Shown: in pieces, positions 40,209-49,006 of the stretch | Numbering within the stretch: position 1 is the stretch's first letter | Layout of the letters: the number at the start of each line of letters is the position of its first letter | DNA from: an uncultured Candidatus Saccharibacteria bacterium | GTDB lineage: Bacteria; Patescibacteriota; UBA1384; XYA2-FULL-43-10; 1-14-0-10-43-13 | Assembly: GCA_964364265.1 (NCBI GenBank) | Contig: CAYILA010000005.1 | Coordinates: forward strand, 6,418 to 70,417 | Length of the DNA stretch: 64,000 bases | Direction: 5' to 3' | The notes under the pieces: model-generated | Databases searched by the model: none | The model's input: the letters and a program-made list of their open reading frames with translations, nothing else | Told to the model about the DNA's origin: nothing | Made by a program: the position numbers and the translations under genes

Positions 40209-41415
40209 CAGCTTACCGGTCTATTTTGTCTGTGCCCTTGTGTTGTTCCTGCCCTTCAGTTCATGGCTGGTCAGTTATTTTGGGAATACTAACTTAAGTT
40301 TAGGACGCGATGTCCTGATTTTCTTAATCCTGTTTTCCTCATTGATTACCAAACGGTTTCAATTCAACAAAACCGCAACCGTGTATCTTGCGCTTGCTTT
40401 TATTATCTGGGCTGTTGCCACATTTTTCTGGCGGGAAGCGAGTGTCGAACAATGGTTGAGAGGGATGCGGTTCGACCTTGGTCCGATTGTTTTCTTCCTG
40501 TCTTTGGCGAACTTGAGATTAAAAAAGGGAGAGTTAAGGTCAATTATAGTTTCGGTGATATTGAGCTTCATCGTAATATCGATTTTTGCGATTTTAGAGA
40601 TCCTAAATGTCCCGGTTCCGTTGACCAGCAGTCATTCAGGGAGTGGTTCCCTTACTAGATTGTTCTATATCGAAGGGGATAATTGGCGTCGCATACAAGC
40701 GATTTTAGCCGGTCCGAACGCCCTGGGTTTATTCCTATTGGTTTCCGCCGCTTACATTGCCGGCGCTTTTCGAGCGGTGAACAAAAATCTCAAATACCTG
40801 ATGATAATAGTGGTCCCTTTGGTCGTCTTCACTTACTCAAGAAGCGCTCTACTCGGTTTGCTGCTAGTCCTTTTTATCCTGTTCTATCGCTTCATCGACC
40901 GGAAATTTGGCCGGCTGAATGCCGTCTTCGTCATTGTCCTTTTGTTTGTGGCACTGGGATTTTTCGTCCAATATCTTCGGATTACCCCGAAATATGAGGA
41001 TTTGATTACCCATAAAGCTTCATCGAGCCTTAGGGTGGAGCAGTATGAACGGATTTGGGAGACTCGCGCCGATTTTGAGATCAAAGGCCGCGGTGCCGGA
41101 GCGGCCGGACCATCGAGCCAAAACCGCATTGACGGAGGTCCGAATGTCTGGACGGAAAACGTTTATCTGGACATTTTTGAGACCTACGGGATTGTCGGTC
41201 TGGTCTTGTACCTTGCGATTCTGATACTGCTTGTGGTAAATAATTGGCGTATTAGAAATGACTACAACCGGACGGCGTTATTGGCTCTAGCCGGTTTTTC
41301 ATTCACCGGAATATTCATCAATTATTACACCGGACAGGTCGGAATTTACTTATTCTGGCTTGCTCTTGCTTTGACTTTGCAGGATAATCTATCCAATGAA
41401 AAAAATACTAATTGA
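40195..41415 (+). CDS. O-antigen ligase/Wzy_C family membrane protein
   Basis: RIQAILAGPNALG, TYSRSA, GRGAGAAGP, ENVYL...GIVG. Confidence 0.8.
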   Translation: MKRPNSLPVYFVCALVLFLPFSSWLVSYFGNTNLSLGRDVLIFLILFSSLITKRFQFNKTATVYLALAFIIWAVATFFWREASVEQWLRGMRFDLGPIVFFLSLANLRLKKGELRSIIVSVILSFIVISIFAILEILNVPVPLTSSHSGSGSLTRLFYIEGDNWRRIQAILAGPNALGLFLLVSAAYIAGAFRAVNKNLKYLMIIVVPLVVFTYSRSALLGLLLVLFILFYRFIDRKFGRLNAVFVIVLLFVALGFFVQYLRITPKYEDLITHKASSSLRVEQYERIWETRADFEIKGRGAGAAGPSSQNRIDGGPNVWTENVYLDIFETYGIVGLVLYLAILILLVVNNWRIRNDYNRTALLALAGFSFTGIFINYYTGQVGIYLFWLALALTLQDNLSNEKNTN

Positions 41416-42649
41416 CGGACGATTTGTCGGAATAGGCGAGTCGATGACACGCTATACCTTGGAGATTCTGCGGGGTATTTTGAAATTGGACCGAGAGAAT
41501 CAATACACTCTCCTGATAAGACCGTGCGGCCGTAAATCGCTGGATGATTATTTTGCGGTCATTCCCGCGGAAGCGGGAATCCAGGGGATGGATCCTCGGA
41601 TCAAGTCCGAGGATGATAATAGGGGTAAACTAATAATTCAACAATATAACAATTTGACAATTGAATTGTTGGACATACCTCACTATTCAATTAACGAACA
41701 ATTGAAATTATTGAAGTACTTGAACCGGAAGAATTTTGATCTGGTACATTTTATCCAGTTCAACCACCCGATCCGTTATAAGGGCAGTTTCGTAGTAACG
41801 GTCCATGACATGACGATGGTTGGCTATCTGCGCCGCGCCAACCCGATTCGCCGGATTGCTTTTACGAAAGTTATGGAATCGGCTGTTGCAAACTCCAAAA
41901 AAATCATCACTGTTTCAAACACGGCTAAAAAAGAGATCGTTGATTTTTATAAAATAAATCCGGAGAAGGTTGAGGTCGTCTACAATGGTTTGAATCATGA
42001 AAGTTATAACTCCAGAGTCAGGGAAAAGAGTACTGAAATTAAAAAAGTCCTGGAAAAGTTCAATATCGACAAAGAATACATTCTCTACACCGGAATGTGG
42101 AAGGAGCACAAGAATATTTTACGGTTAGTGTATGCCTTTGAAAAATTCTCTGAAATGCGTCTTCCTGATCCAAAATCGCGGATTATAAAACTGGTTTTGG
42201 CCGGAAAAGCGGACAAAGATGAGAAGGAAATACTTACCGAACTCGGCCGGATCAACCAATCCTTAAATATGAAATACAATGTCCGCGAGGCGATTATCAC
42301 GCCGGGATATATCGAAGAGTCAGAGCTTCCCTTGCTTTACAGCGGAGCAACCGCCTATGTCTTTGCCTCGCTCTCCGAGGGATTCGGCATGCCGCCGCTC
42401 GAATCAATGGCTTGCGGCACGCCCGTAATAGCTTCGGAGGTTTCAGCCATGCCGGAGGTATTGGGGGAGGCCGCCATTTACTTTGATCCGCTGGACTCGA
42501 CCAATATTGCCGAGGCGATGGAGGAAGTAACCGAGAACAAAAATGAGAGAGTTGAGATAATTAAAAAGGGCTACGACCAGGTTAAAAAGTACGATTGGTC
42601 AAAAACTGCCGAGGAAACGCTCAAGGTTTACAAGGATATTCTTAAGTAA
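41396..42649 (+). CDS. Glycosyltransferase family 4 with an in-frame palindromic insertion
   Basis: [36 protein letters not shown]. Confidence 0.92.
   Translation: MKKILIDGRFVGIGESMTRYTLEILRGILKLDRENQYTLLIRPCGRKSLDDYFAVIPAEAGIQGMDPRIKSEDDNRGKLIIQQYNNLTIELLDIPHYSINEQLKLLKYLNRKNFDLVHFIQFNHPIRYKGSFVVTVHDMTMVGYLRRANPIRRIAFTKVMESAVANSKKIITVSNTAKKEIVDFYKINPEKVEVVYNGLNHESYNSRVREKSTEIKKVLEKFNIDKEYILYTGMWKEHKNILRLVYAFEKFSEMRLPDPKSRIIKLVLAGKADKDEKEILTELGRINQSLNMKYNVREAIITPGYIEESELPLLYSGATAYVFASLSEGFGMPPLESMACGTPVIASEVSAMPEVLGEAAIYFDPLDSTNIAEAMEEVTENKNERVEIIKKGYDQVKKYDWSKTAEETLKVYKDILK
41558..41617. repeat. GTCAT-ended double-hairpin element in CDS
   Basis: ATTCCCGC-ggaa-GCGGGAAT and ATCCTCGGA-tcaag-TCCGAGGAT hairpins. 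Confidence 0.88.
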
Positions 42650-42691
42650 AAAGTCCATAATGTAAGTTTGTCATCCTAACGCTTTTATTCT

Positions 42692-42740
42692 TGTCATCCC
42701 GACCAACGCGGAGGGATCTTTAAAAAGATTCCTCGATTCG
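42692..42740. repeat. Degenerate GTCAT-family element
   Basis: tgtcatcccgacc...ggagggatct...agattcctcg matches the copies at 47817 and 60776. Confidence 0.75.
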
Positions 42741-42831
42741 TTTCATCAGCCCAAAGGGTCCCCTTAGGGGGAAATCAGCCAATCAGCAACGCCCTTAAGC
42801 ACTGATTGAGTGTAAATGGGTGTAAATACGA

Positions 42832-42866
42832 GAGACCCGCACCACTAAAGTAAAGGTGCGGGTCTC
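42832..42866. terminator. 12-bp stem hairpin between convergent genes (terminator or REP-like)
   Basis: gagacccgcacc-N11-ggtgcgggtctc; no clear U-tract. Confidence 0.5.
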
Positions 42867-42882
42867 GGTAAACCACCCCGAT

Positions 42883-43287
42883 TTATCGGGGTGGCGGAAA
42901 AAGGTGGATGATTAGCGGTGATTTTTTCACCGCTAATTTCGTTGTCCCCAAAGAGCGATTCCTGTCCCAGAGGCAGAAGTCATACTTCCTTCCCGAGACA
43001 AGCTCTACATCTCCCTCAAAGAAGGGGTAGTGCACTCTGCGCGCCAGGATAACGCTGCCGTAGTGGTAACTTCCTGACGCAAAACAGAGTTCCCCTCTCT
43101 TAATTCCCTCGGAAACGCCCGGGACGACGATCCGGACATGAATTGACCAGGTATTGATAGGTTTCAGTACCAGGATTTCGACCTCGTCGTTAGCCGGCGC
43201 GCTCCAGAGCGTCGGGAGCAGGCCGCAAACAACCGCGGCCCCGATGATGACCATGATCCAAAGGAGAAATACCTTGACCATTTTCAT
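42883..43287 (-). CDS. Hypothetical protein with N-terminal TM/signal
   Basis: 134 aa, AGGAGAGG SD, upstream TTGACT-16-TATTAT (43412-43385). Confidence 0.65.
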   Translation of the reverse strand: MKMVKVFLLWIMVIIGAAVVCGLLPTLWSAPANDEVEILVLKPINTWSIHVRIVVPGVSEGIKRGELCFASGSYHYGSVILARRVHYPFFEGDVELVSGRKYDFCLWDRNRSLGTTKLAVKKSPLIIHLFPPPR

Positions 43288-43298
43288 TTTATTCCTCT

Positions 43299-43352
43299 CC
43301 TAACCGCGGAGTTAGTCAAAACACACGCTGCAGCGTATGTTTTGACACAGTT
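43299..43352. repeat. 54-bp repeat with 32-bp palindrome, copy 1
   Basis: gtcaaaacacacgctg|cagcgtatgttttgac (43315-43346); second copy at 47203-47256. Confidence 0.88.
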
Positions 43353-43490
43353 TTCATGCTCCGCGGAATTTGGTCGTTGAGCGTATAATAGCAGGAAATA
43401 GTAATAAGTCAATATTGAAGAGAATAATCAAATCTGTTAAATTGTAGGCGTTGAATTTTACTATTATTCAAGCTGAATCTAATTCAGTTG

Positions 43491-43530
43491 GCCCCGGCAC
43501 CAGAACCCGATGAACGGGTACGGTGCGGGG
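43491..43530. repeat. CCCC…GGGG palindrome (REP-like)
   Basis: ccccggcacc-agaacccgatgaacgggtac-ggtgcgggg. Confidence 0.6.
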
Positions 43531-43548
43531 TTAATTTTCTTGAAAGGA

Positions 43549-43855
43549 CCGGGTAGTGAAATTTCGAAAGCGATTATGCATTACGTATACTTAATAAGAA
43601 GCGAAGCAAACGACCAATTGTATATTGGTTATACAACAAATATTAAACGAAGGATTTTGGAGCATAATCGCGGCGAAAACCAGTCAACGAAACATTATAA
43701 ACCATGGAAATTAATATTCGCCGAAATCTATATTGAAGAGATGGATGCGAAGCGTCGAGAACAATATTTAAAAACTAATCAAGGGAGTAGGTTGTTGAAG
43801 AGAATGCTAAAGGAATATTTCTACAGGCATCCATAATCGAAATTCTACTACCCGG
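43549..43855 (+). mobile_element. Putative 307-bp GIY-YIG mini-element with 19-bp terminal inverted repeats and flanking GGA direct repeat
   Basis: ccgggtagtgaaatttcga (43549-67) / tcgaaattctactacccgg (43837-55), 17/19 complementary; GGA at 43546-48 and 43856-58. Confidence 0.65.
43576..43836 (+). CDS. Stand-alone GIY-YIG nuclease
   Basis: YVY...LYIGYT...RR...HNRG...STK...AKRREQYLK. Confidence 0.92.
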   Translation: MHYVYLIRSEANDQLYIGYTTNIKRRILEHNRGENQSTKHYKPWKLIFAEIYIEEMDAKRREQYLKTNQGSRLLKRMLKEYFYRHP

Positions 43856-43863
43856 GGAGATAT

Positions 43864-45978
43864 ATGGTAACAAACGCCATGATCATCGCTTTTGGGGCAT
43901 CGGCGCTGGCTCTTATCTATGGAATCTTGCTGATCACAATCATCAACAAGAAACCGGCCGGGAACAAGAGAATGACCGATATCGCCAAGGCAATCTCAGA
44001 GGGTGCTTCCGCTTTTCTAAACCGCCAGTACACGACTGTGGCGGCTGTGGCGGCGGTACTATTCGTAATTTTGCTCTACGCCTTTAACTGGCAGACGGCA
44101 GTCGGTTTTATCACCGGTGCAATTCTCTCGGCATTGGCCGGATACATCGGCATGAACATCTCGGTTCGGGCCAATGTCCGCACCGCCGAGGCCTCCAAAG
44201 ACGGAGTTGGCGCCGGTATGGGCGTGGCATTCAAGGCCGGAACAGTTACCGGTATGTTTGTAGTCGGGCTCTCGCTCCTAGCTGTGACTTTGTTCTATTA
44301 CATTTTTAGAAATACGACCGCTCTGATCGGATTCGGATTCGGCGGTTCACTGATCTCAATCTTTGCCCGTCTTGGCGGGGGAATCTTCACCAAAGGCGCC
44401 GATGTCGGGGCCGACTTGGTCGGCAAGGTGGAAGCCGGTATTCCGGAAGACGACCCACGCAACCCGGCTGTAATCGCCGATAATGTCGGGGACAATGTCG
44501 GCGACTGCGCCGGTATGGCCGCCGATTTATTCGAAACCTATTCAGTCACCACCGTGGCGGCAATGCTTCTGGGATCTCTGATGTTTATCAGTTTTGAAAA
44601 CGCAATCGTTTATCCGCTCGTCTTGGGCGGTATCTCAATTGTGGCTTCTATTTTGGGCACATTTTTCGTCAGATTATCCAAGAATTCAAAAAATATTATG
44701 GGCGCGCTTTACAAAGGTCTGATCGCCTCCGGCGTCTTGGCTGGCGGCGCCTTCTATTTTGCAACCAAGTGGTTAATGGAAGGAAACGGACTTTATTCCG
44801 TCAACAACCTTTACTATGCATCATTGTTAGGCCTATTAGTCACAGCTCTGATGGTTGTCATCACCGAGTACTTTACCTCGACCAAATACAATCCGGTCAA
44901 GTCAATCGCCGACGCTTCAACCACAGGGCACGGCACCAATGTGATCGCCGGCCTTGCTGTTTCGATGCGTTCGACTGCCGCACCGGTTATCGTCATTGCC
45001 GCCGCCATTCTTGGCGCATTCCAATTAGCCGATCTTTACGGCGTAGCAATTGCCGTTGTTTCAATGCTTTCAATGGCCGGAATTGTGGTCGCCATCGACG
45101 CTTTCGGTCCGGTTGTCGATAACGCCGGCGGTATCGCCGAAATGGCCGAGCTTCCGGAAAGTGTTCGCGTCCACACCGACGCCCTCGATGCGGTTGGAAA
45201 TACAACCAAAGCGGTTACCAAGGGTTACGCTATCGCTTCTGCCGGATTGGCCGCCGTGGTACTTTTCGCGGCATATATTCAGGAACTTGCCAATGCCGGC
45301 AAGATCTTAAGTTTTGATCTGGCCGATCCGAAAGTAATTGTCGGCCTATTCATCGGCGGACTCTTACCTTATTACTTCGGTTCGCTGGCCATGGAAGCGG
45401 TTGGAAAAGCAGGAAGCGCAGTTGTGATTGAAGTTAGACGCCAGTTCCGCGAGATTAAGGGAATTATGGAGGGCAAAGCCAAGCCGGATTATAAAAAAGC
45501 GGTTGATATCGTAACTCGAGCCGCTCTTCGCGAGATGATTTTGCCGACATTCGTGGCTGTTGCCTCACCACTACTGGTCGGTTTTCTCTTGGGTCCGGTC
45601 GCCCTTGGTGGATTCCTAGTTGGTACAATCATCACCGGTATTTTCATCGCAATCTCAATGACCTCCGGCGGCGGAGCTTGGGACAACGCCAAAAAATATA
45701 TTGAGAGCGGTGCGCATGGCGGAAAGGGTTCCTTGGCCCATCAGGCCGCTGTTACCGGCGATACAGTCGGCGATCCATACAAGGACACCGCCGGCCCGGC
45801 TATTAACCCGATTATTAAAGTTGTAAATATTATCGCCCTGATGATCGCCCCGATGTTGGCAAAATCCGAGGGGTCGCTGACGATGAAAGTGGTGGTTGTC
45901 GGTATAGTCGTGATTGCTTTTGCCGCTTACGCATTATTCGGCACCAAGAAATCTGTCTCGCCTAAAGCCGGTAATTAA
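43864..45978 (+). CDS. hppA: Membrane H+-translocating pyrophosphatase, K+-independent type
   Basis: [31 protein letters not shown]; GNTTKA (Lys marks K+ independence). Confidence 0.96.
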   Translation: MVTNAMIIAFGASALALIYGILLITIINKKPAGNKRMTDIAKAISEGASAFLNRQYTTVAAVAAVLFVILLYAFNWQTAVGFITGAILSALAGYIGMNISVRANVRTAEASKDGVGAGMGVAFKAGTVTGMFVVGLSLLAVTLFYYIFRNTTALIGFGFGGSLISIFARLGGGIFTKGADVGADLVGKVEAGIPEDDPRNPAVIADNVGDNVGDCAGMAADLFETYSVTTVAAMLLGSLMFISFENAIVYPLVLGGISIVASILGTFFVRLSKNSKNIMGALYKGLIASGVLAGGAFYFATKWLMEGNGLYSVNNLYYASLLGLLVTALMVVITEYFTSTKYNPVKSIADASTTGHGTNVIAGLAVSMRSTAAPVIVIAAAILGAFQLADLYGVAIAVVSMLSMAGIVVAIDAFGPVVDNAGGIAEMAELPESVRVHTDALDAVGNTTKAVTKGYAIASAGLAAVVLFAAYIQELANAGKILSFDLADPKVIVGLFIGGLLPYYFGSLAMEAVGKAGSAVVIEVRRQFREIKGIMEGKAKPDYKKAVDIVTRAALREMILPTFVAVASPLLVGFLLGPVALGGFLVGTIITGIFIAISMTSGGGAWDNAKKYIESGAHGGKGSLAHQAAVTGDTVGDPYKDTAGPAINPIIKVVNIIALMIAPMLAKSEGSLTMKVVVVGIVVIAFAAYALFGTKKSVSPKAGN

Positions 45979-46209
45979 ATGAAAAAAGATCATTCAAATG
46001 AGGTTGCGGTATCTCTTGACCGGTTTGAAGGAAATAAAGCGGTCTTGATTCTGGATGGCGAGGAAATAAATATTCCCAAAAAATATTTAAAAGATGCCAA
46101 AGAGGGGGATCAGGTTGTGATGATCTTGACCACTGACGAGGAGCTTAGGAAACAGAAAGAGGAGCGCGCCAAGAAGCTCCTAAACGAAATCCTCAAAGAG
46201 GGAAAGTAA
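45979..46209 (+). CDS. DUF3006-like protein
   Basis: LDRFEGNKAVL...IPKKYL..AKEGD. Confidence 0.8.
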   Translation: MKKDHSNEVAVSLDRFEGNKAVLILDGEEINIPKKYLKDAKEGDQVVMILTTDEELRKQKEERAKKLLNEILKEGK

Positions 46210-46234
46210 AATAAGATAAAATATTGAATAAATG

Positions 46235-46260
46235 AAAAGCCCCAGTTTTCCGGGGCTTTT
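46235..46260 (+). terminator. Intrinsic terminator
   Basis: aaaagcccc-N8-ggggctttt. Confidence 0.75.
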
Positions 46261-46316
46261 CTGATTATAAAACCGCTATTGCCAGAATATCTTAGTATGT
46301 GGTAGATAAATAGTTT

Positions 46317-46473
46317 CTCGCCCAAGGCGAGTAGGCCTGCTTTCAGGCCACAATGCCCGGATTTCTCTTTCTTCGGGAAGGGGAACGAACGAGTGGAAGC
46401 ACACCAGGTCGATCAAACCGCTTTGCGCGGTAATCTCACCCAAGGTGAAGAGGGCTGCTGTCAGCCCACCCGG
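46317..46473 (+). ncRNA. Candidate structured leader RNA with a duplicated two-hairpin module
   Basis: Six short hairpins, a cUUCGg loop, compensatory changes between the two modules. Confidence 0.45.
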
Positions 46474-46495
46474 TCTTCCTGGAGGAGGAAAAAGG

Positions 46496-47128
46496 ATGAA
46501 AACTGATTCGTGGCGGCAGGGCGGTAAGACTCGGTATTACCGGGTTGAGATCGGAGCTGATAAGCCGCTTTCTGTTGGAGTGGTTTGGGAGTATGACTTT
46601 GAACCGGCGTTCAAGTTCGTATCTTTCGATGATTACAATCCCATCAGCGGTCAGCGGAAAACCAGGGTCATCGGTCAACCAAACAAGCCGATGAAAGCGA
46701 TCCACAAGGACTTCGTCAAGTATCTGCGGAGGCAGGAAATGCTGGAAAACCGGTATTTTCTCAGAGTTATTTTCCAGTGTATGGTTTACGACAACGATGA
46801 GCGTCATCGCCCGCCTGTCGTAATACGACCAATCCTCTGTTTCGAGGTCGAGATTGCCTCGGAAGTATACAATGGTATCGAGTCGAAAACACTTGCGCTC
46901 GGCATTGGCTGGCTCGAGGGTACTGTCGAAAATGTGCCCAGCATCCAGTTTTCCAGGAGGCAGTTCGAGATCAAGGATGGATTAATTTGCTGTTTTCTGG
47001 AGTACTCGGCAGACCTCAATCTCCACAACCTCGAGGCCTTTGAATTTGCTATGGTTGCAAGTGGATGGGCTCGTTCCGAGCCCCTCTTATCGGATGTTGC
47101 TGGAGTATACCGACAGGATGGCACATAA
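46496..47128 (+). CDS. Hypothetical protein
   Basis: ATG at 46496 after GGAGGAGG; open 210 codons; hairpin downstream. Confidence 0.65.
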   Translation: MKTDSWRQGGKTRYYRVEIGADKPLSVGVVWEYDFEPAFKFVSFDDYNPISGQRKTRVIGQPNKPMKAIHKDFVKYLRRQEMLENRYFLRVIFQCMVYDNDERHRPPVVIRPILCFEVEIASEVYNGIESKTLALGIGWLEGTVENVPSIQFSRRQFEIKDGLICCFLEYSADLNLHNLEAFEFAMVASGWARSEPLLSDVAGVYRQDGT

Positions 47129-47145
47129 AATGTGCCACAGAGTAT

Positions 47146-47178
47146 ATCCCCGTGATGGTTCGCCGCCACGGGGATTTT
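47146..47178 (+). terminator. Intrinsic terminator
   Basis: atccccgtg-N12-cacggggat followed by ttt. Confidence 0.6.
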
Positions 47179-47202
47179 CGTATCTTGGTGCCCTCTACAA
47201 TT

Positions 47203-47256
47203 CCTAATTGCGGAGTTGGTCAAAACATACGCTGCAGCGTATATTTTGACACAGTT
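47203..47256. repeat. 54-bp repeat with 32-bp palindrome, copy 2
   Basis: gtcaaaacatacgctg|cagcgtatattttgac (47219-47250). Confidence 0.88.
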
Positions 47257-47368
47257 AATTTGTCATGTCTGTATTGGTTTATAACCCTAGTCTAACAAAC
47301 CAGTCTGTTGTAGTGGGGGGTGAAGAGTAGGAGTGGTGAATGTTCGCTAATTGTGCTAATTTGAGTGT

Positions 47369-48952
47369 ATGAACATTCACGAACTACAAGAAAAAATATC
47401 AGAGAAAGAGTTTGATTTTGTGCGCGGGATATTAAACATAACTCCGAATGTGCGGGTATTTCTGGTCGGGGGAATCGTCCGCGACGCCTTACTCGGCCGG
47501 GAGAATCCGGATTATGATTTTGTGGTTGAAAACATTGAAATCGATAAGTTGGTCGAGATATTAAAGGGTTACGGCAGGGTAACTGATGTTTCCGGACGCA
47601 ATTTCGGGGTGATTAAATTCACTCCGGAGGGGGAAAAACGGCAGTTTGACCTCTCCATACCACGAACGGAGAGGTATCAGAGCGGAAAGCGAAGGTCTGA
47701 CGCAGAGGTCAAGACCGATAAAGTGACTCTGAAAGACGATTTCATGCGCCGTGACTTTACGGTAAATGCAATCGCAATTCCATTGAATAAAGTCATTTCT
47801 ACAAAATCAGATCCATTGTCATCCCGAGCGACCGGAAGGGAGTCGAGGGATCTTTTAGAAGATTCCTCCGCTTCGGTCGGAATGACAGGAAACGACGGGT
47901 TGATGGAAATCTACGACCTCTTCGGTGGGGTTGAAGACATTCAAAACAAGATTATCCGGGCGGTTGGTGATCCGGAGGAAAGATTCGAAGAAGACCCGAC
48001 AAGGATCCTACGGGCCGTCAGATTTGCCTGCCGGCTTGATTTTGAAATTGAGCCAGAAACATTTTCGGCAATGAAAAAATTAAAAGGGGAGATATTAAAA
48101 ACATTTGAAAAAGAGGACGGAACCAAACTTCAAAGAGTGTCGAATGAGATGATTGGAATTGAAATCGCCAAGGCAATCGAAGGAAATCCGATTAAATTTT
48201 TAAGTCTTTTCGACGATTTGGGCTTACTTCCGGAGTTATTGCCGGAAATCGAAAAGTTAAAGGGTGTAGAACAGCCGATCGAGTGGCACAGTGAGGGTGA
48301 CGCCTTTGTCCATACTAAATTGGTGGTTTCAAATATTCCGGCCGATTCGTCGCTCGAACTAAAATTAGCGGCATTATTCCACGACATTGGAAAATATGAC
48401 ACGAGGGAACCCAAAACAGTAAATCAGCTAATCAGTAAATCAGCTAATCAGCAAACAATTCACTTTTATGGGCATGACAAGGTTTCGGTTGAAAAAGCGA
48501 GGCTAATACTAAATAGATACAGGTTCAAAAAAGATCTTATCGAAAATGTCTCTTGGTTGATCGAAAACCATATGAGGATTATGTCATTCCCGCAGATGAG
48601 AATATTTAAACAAAAAGATATGGCGCGCCATCCGCAATTTTTAAATCTGATCAAATTATCGGAGGCTGATGATGCGGCGACTATTCCGACCACGGCCAAA
48701 AAGTCGGTTTTTCTGCCGACGGTACGGGAAATCGTAAAACAGCTTGAGGAAGAAGAGAAAGCCGGCAAACCACGCCAGATATTGAACGGTAATGAAATCA
48801 TAGAACTATTAAAACGGGAAAAGCCGGGTTTTGATATTAAAAGTGAGGGAAAACTGATTGGAGAACTTAAGAGAAAAGTGAACGAAGAGTATGACGAAGG
48901 TCTTATTAAAAGCAAAAACGAAGCCCTTGATTGGCTTCGTTCCAATGTCTGA
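47369..48952 (+). CDS. cca: tRNA nucleotidyltransferase (CCA-adding/poly(A) polymerase family) with HD domain and two repeat-derived insertions
   Basis: VGGIVRD...DYD, RRDFTVNA, EDPTRILRAVRF, HT...FHDIGK, FYGHD. Confidence 0.9.
   Translation: MNIHELQEKISEKEFDFVRGILNITPNVRVFLVGGIVRDALLGRENPDYDFVVENIEIDKLVEILKGYGRVTDVSGRNFGVIKFTPEGEKRQFDLSIPRTERYQSGKRRSDAEVKTDKVTLKDDFMRRDFTVNAIAIPLNKVISTKSDPLSSRATGRESRDLLEDSSASVGMTGNDGLMEIYDLFGGVEDIQNKIIRAVGDPEERFEEDPTRILRAVRFACRLDFEIEPETFSAMKKLKGEILKTFEKEDGTKLQRVSNEMIGIEIAKAIEGNPIKFLSLFDDLGLLPELLPEIEKLKGVEQPIEWHSEGDAFVHTKLVVSNIPADSSLELKLAALFHDIGKYDTREPKTVNQLISKSANQQTIHFYGHDKVSVEKARLILNRYRFKKDLIENVSWLIENHMRIMSFPQMRIFKQKDMARHPQFLNLIKLSEADDAATIPTTAKKSVFLPTVREIVKQLEEEEKAGKPRQILNGNEIIELLKREKPGFDIKSEGKLIGELKRKVNEEYDEGLIKSKNEALDWLRSNV
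47817..47887. repeat. GTCAT-family element in frame in cca
   Basis: tgtcatcccgagcg...gagggatct...agattcctccg...tcggaatgaca. Confidence 0.9.
48417..48456. repeat. 8-mer tandem array in cca
   Basis: cagtaaat cagctaat cagtaaat cagctaat cagcaaac. Confidence 0.85.
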
Positions 48953-49006
48953 AAGATTAATTTGTTGAAATCAAGAAATTAGGTATAATGGAATTGAATT
49001 GTCGTA

